A stretch of 64,000 nucleotides of DNA, the filler included. It is 4 parts of 4 records of this genome, joined end to end, with 100 filler letters (N's around TTAATTAATTAA, not from the genome) between each part and the next. Parts side by side here need not be neighbours in the genome. Positions count along the whole stretch, not along the records: positions 57,944 to 64,000 come from SRR31156797_14974; 3 more parts are not named here. One strand, given 5' to 3'. Both the position numbers and the translations under genes were made by a program. Under the pieces are notes generated by a model. That model was not told the origin of the DNA. It did no database searches and worked only from the letters and a program-made list of their open reading frames with translations. Position 1 is the stretch's first letter. Each line of letters opens with the position of its first letter. Shown here one piece after another: positions 62,557-64,000 of this stretch.

Positions 62557-62790
62557 TTAAATGTTTGTTGTAAAATTATCTCTAACTTCTTGTTGATTGT
62601 TATTTATATGCTCTATAATATCAGGTGTAAATATACCATCCATTTTATTGGCAAATTCACTCCATTTTGTTTGTTTTTTAGTTAAAGTATTAGTATCTTC
62701 AATTACTGTAAAATTCATATGGAGTTTTTTCGCCAAATTTAAAAACTCTTGAACTTTATTTTTATCTTCATTAAGTTGTATTATAGTCAT
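62557..62790 (-). CDS. Small antitoxin-like hypothetical protein
   Basis: 77 aa with a GAGGTG RBS and C-terminal KWSEFA..MDG...RDNF. Confidence 0.65.
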   Translation of the reverse strand: MTIIQLNEDKNKVQEFLNLAKKLHMNFTVIEDTNTLTKKQTKWSEFANKMDGIFTPDIIEHINNNQQEVRDNFTTNI

Positions 62791-62949
62791 AACTCACCTC
62801 TTAAAATTACAATATATTATATTTTATCTAAATAATGGGCAAATGCATTATAAATTTATTTAAACGTTTAATCTATCAAGCAAATATCATACTCAAAATA
62901 AGAAAAGTCTAAGCAGTAGTTTCATCTTATAGCTTTGTTTATTTTTTAT

Positions 62950-62979
62950 TTGACTTTTTCATACAACTTTATATATAAT
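62950..62979 (+). promoter_or_regulatory. sigma70 promoter of the TA-like pair
   Basis: TTGACT-N18-TATAAT, then an AAGGAG RBS before 63009. Confidence 0.6.
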
Positions 62980-63008
62980 TGATAAATATAGTATACGAAG
63001 GAGTCTAA

Positions 63009-63266
63009 ATGAGTATCGATGAAAAATTTAAACCTATGCTATTATTAACTATTAATAACTCAATAGGAAATAAATCAAAACATATGTCTTTAGATTCTTT
63101 AATTCAATTATTTAATAAAAACATTGAAGAATATTCAAACTTAGATAAATATGCTATAGATAAAATTCAAACAGAAGCATCAAAGGAAGAACTTAATTAT
63201 TTTATAGAAAAATTCCATATTTCAACTGATAAAGTGGATTATGTCTTATCCGTCAATCCATATTAA
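63009..63266 (+). CDS. Small hypothetical protein, putative antitoxin
   Basis: 85 aa with a strong RBS, overlapping the AbiEii gene by 26 nt. Confidence 0.75.
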   Translation: MSIDEKFKPMLLLTINNSIGNKSKHMSLDSLIQLFNKNIEEYSNLDKYAIDKIQTEASKEELNYFIEKFHISTDKVDYVLSVNPY

Positions 63267-63969
63267 AAATCTTTCTTTTATAAAGAAACACTACTTAGAT
63301 CAAATAAAAGCTTTAGAGCTTTTTTACAAAGAATCAAATATAAAATCTATCCCCTCAGATAAAGTCAAGTTTGGCGGTGGGACTGCTTTATCTATGTATT
63401 ATTTTCAGCATAGGTTGAGCTTTGATATTGATCTTTTTGTAGACGATATACAATATCTTGACTTTATAAGACCAAAGCTATGGATAGATGAATCTAACTC
63501 ATTCAATCCAAATGAATATATTGAACAATATAATCATATTGGATTAATTACTTCTAATGATATAAAAGTAGATATCTTATTTGATTCTAATTCAACAGAA
63601 GGTTTTATAGATGATACTCATAAAATTTTTCCTTTTGATATCTACATAGAATCAATTGAAAATATCTTAGCAAAGAAAATTACTTTTAGAAAAAAAGACA
63701 ATAAAGCTAGAGATATTTTTGACATTGCAACTGCTCTATCTAAAGATCAATATATATTAGAAAATATGGTGAAAAGTGGTAAGATCACAAAAGAAGATAT
63801 TATTACTTTTCATGATTCTTTAAAAAACTTAAATCTGAAAAAGTTTGCAATAGCAATTGAAATGGTTGAACCATTTGAAGAGTATCTAGATATTGCTCAA
63901 AATGCACGAGAAATTATTTTGGCAAATATAAAAAAATCACTTAGTAAACTTAATATAATCACTTCTTAA
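63241..63969 (+). CDS. AbiEii/AbiGii nucleotidyltransferase toxin family protein
   Basis: FGGGTALSMYYFQHRLSFDIDLF, ILAKK and ARDIFD motifs. Confidence 0.92.
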   Translation: MSYPSIHIKNLSFIKKHYLDQIKALELFYKESNIKSIPSDKVKFGGGTALSMYYFQHRLSFDIDLFVDDIQYLDFIRPKLWIDESNSFNPNEYIEQYNHIGLITSNDIKVDILFDSNSTEGFIDDTHKIFPFDIYIESIENILAKKITFRKKDNKARDIFDIATALSKDQYILENMVKSGKITKEDIITFHDSLKNLNLKKFAIAIEMVEPFEEYLDIAQNAREIILANIKKSLSKLNIITS

Positions 63970-64000
63970 AACAAATTTCAAATCTTCACTATTTGCTCAC

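Overview
This window is not one locus. It holds four unrelated contigs joined by 100-nt N/TTAATTAATTAA linkers (8728-8827, 33408-33507, 57844-57943). Taxonomic labels are inferred from gene content and base composition. (1) 1-8727, Desulfobacterota-like: a pseudo-receiver-TPR protein, yggT/yggU, a peptidase MA-like protein, an acyl-CoA synthetase, a hairpin-rich unexplained intergenic region and a truncated acetyl-CoA hydrolase/transferase. (2) 8828-33407, (Pseudo)desulfovibrio-like: an M16C peptidase, peroxiredoxin, an NtrY-like kinase, a USP, an arsR-arsP-thioredoxin-ccdA operon with two palindromic operators, nfeD/SPFH, cdd-deoC-deoA-deoB, an MCP, and a fluoride riboswitch with terminator upstream of an insertion-bearing nhaB and an uncharacterised left-handed beta-helix protein. 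(3) 33508-57843, Bacteroidota (Prolixibacteraceae-like): three paralogous PQQ-type beta-propellers, esterases, a Tat-signal aldo/keto reductase, an IorAB-like molybdoenzyme and an ECF/FecR-SusC/SusD-GH106 polysaccharide utilisation locus. (4) 57944-64000, AT-rich Campylobacterota-like island edge: a truncated integrase, a duplicated tRNA 3' end (att site), a roughly 1255-aa nuclease-STAND NTPase (Avs-like defence candidate), a decayed TA pair and an AbiEii toxin with an atypical small partner. The best leads are the fluoride-riboswitch operon, the STAND defence gene and the candidate structured RNA at about 6250-6620.
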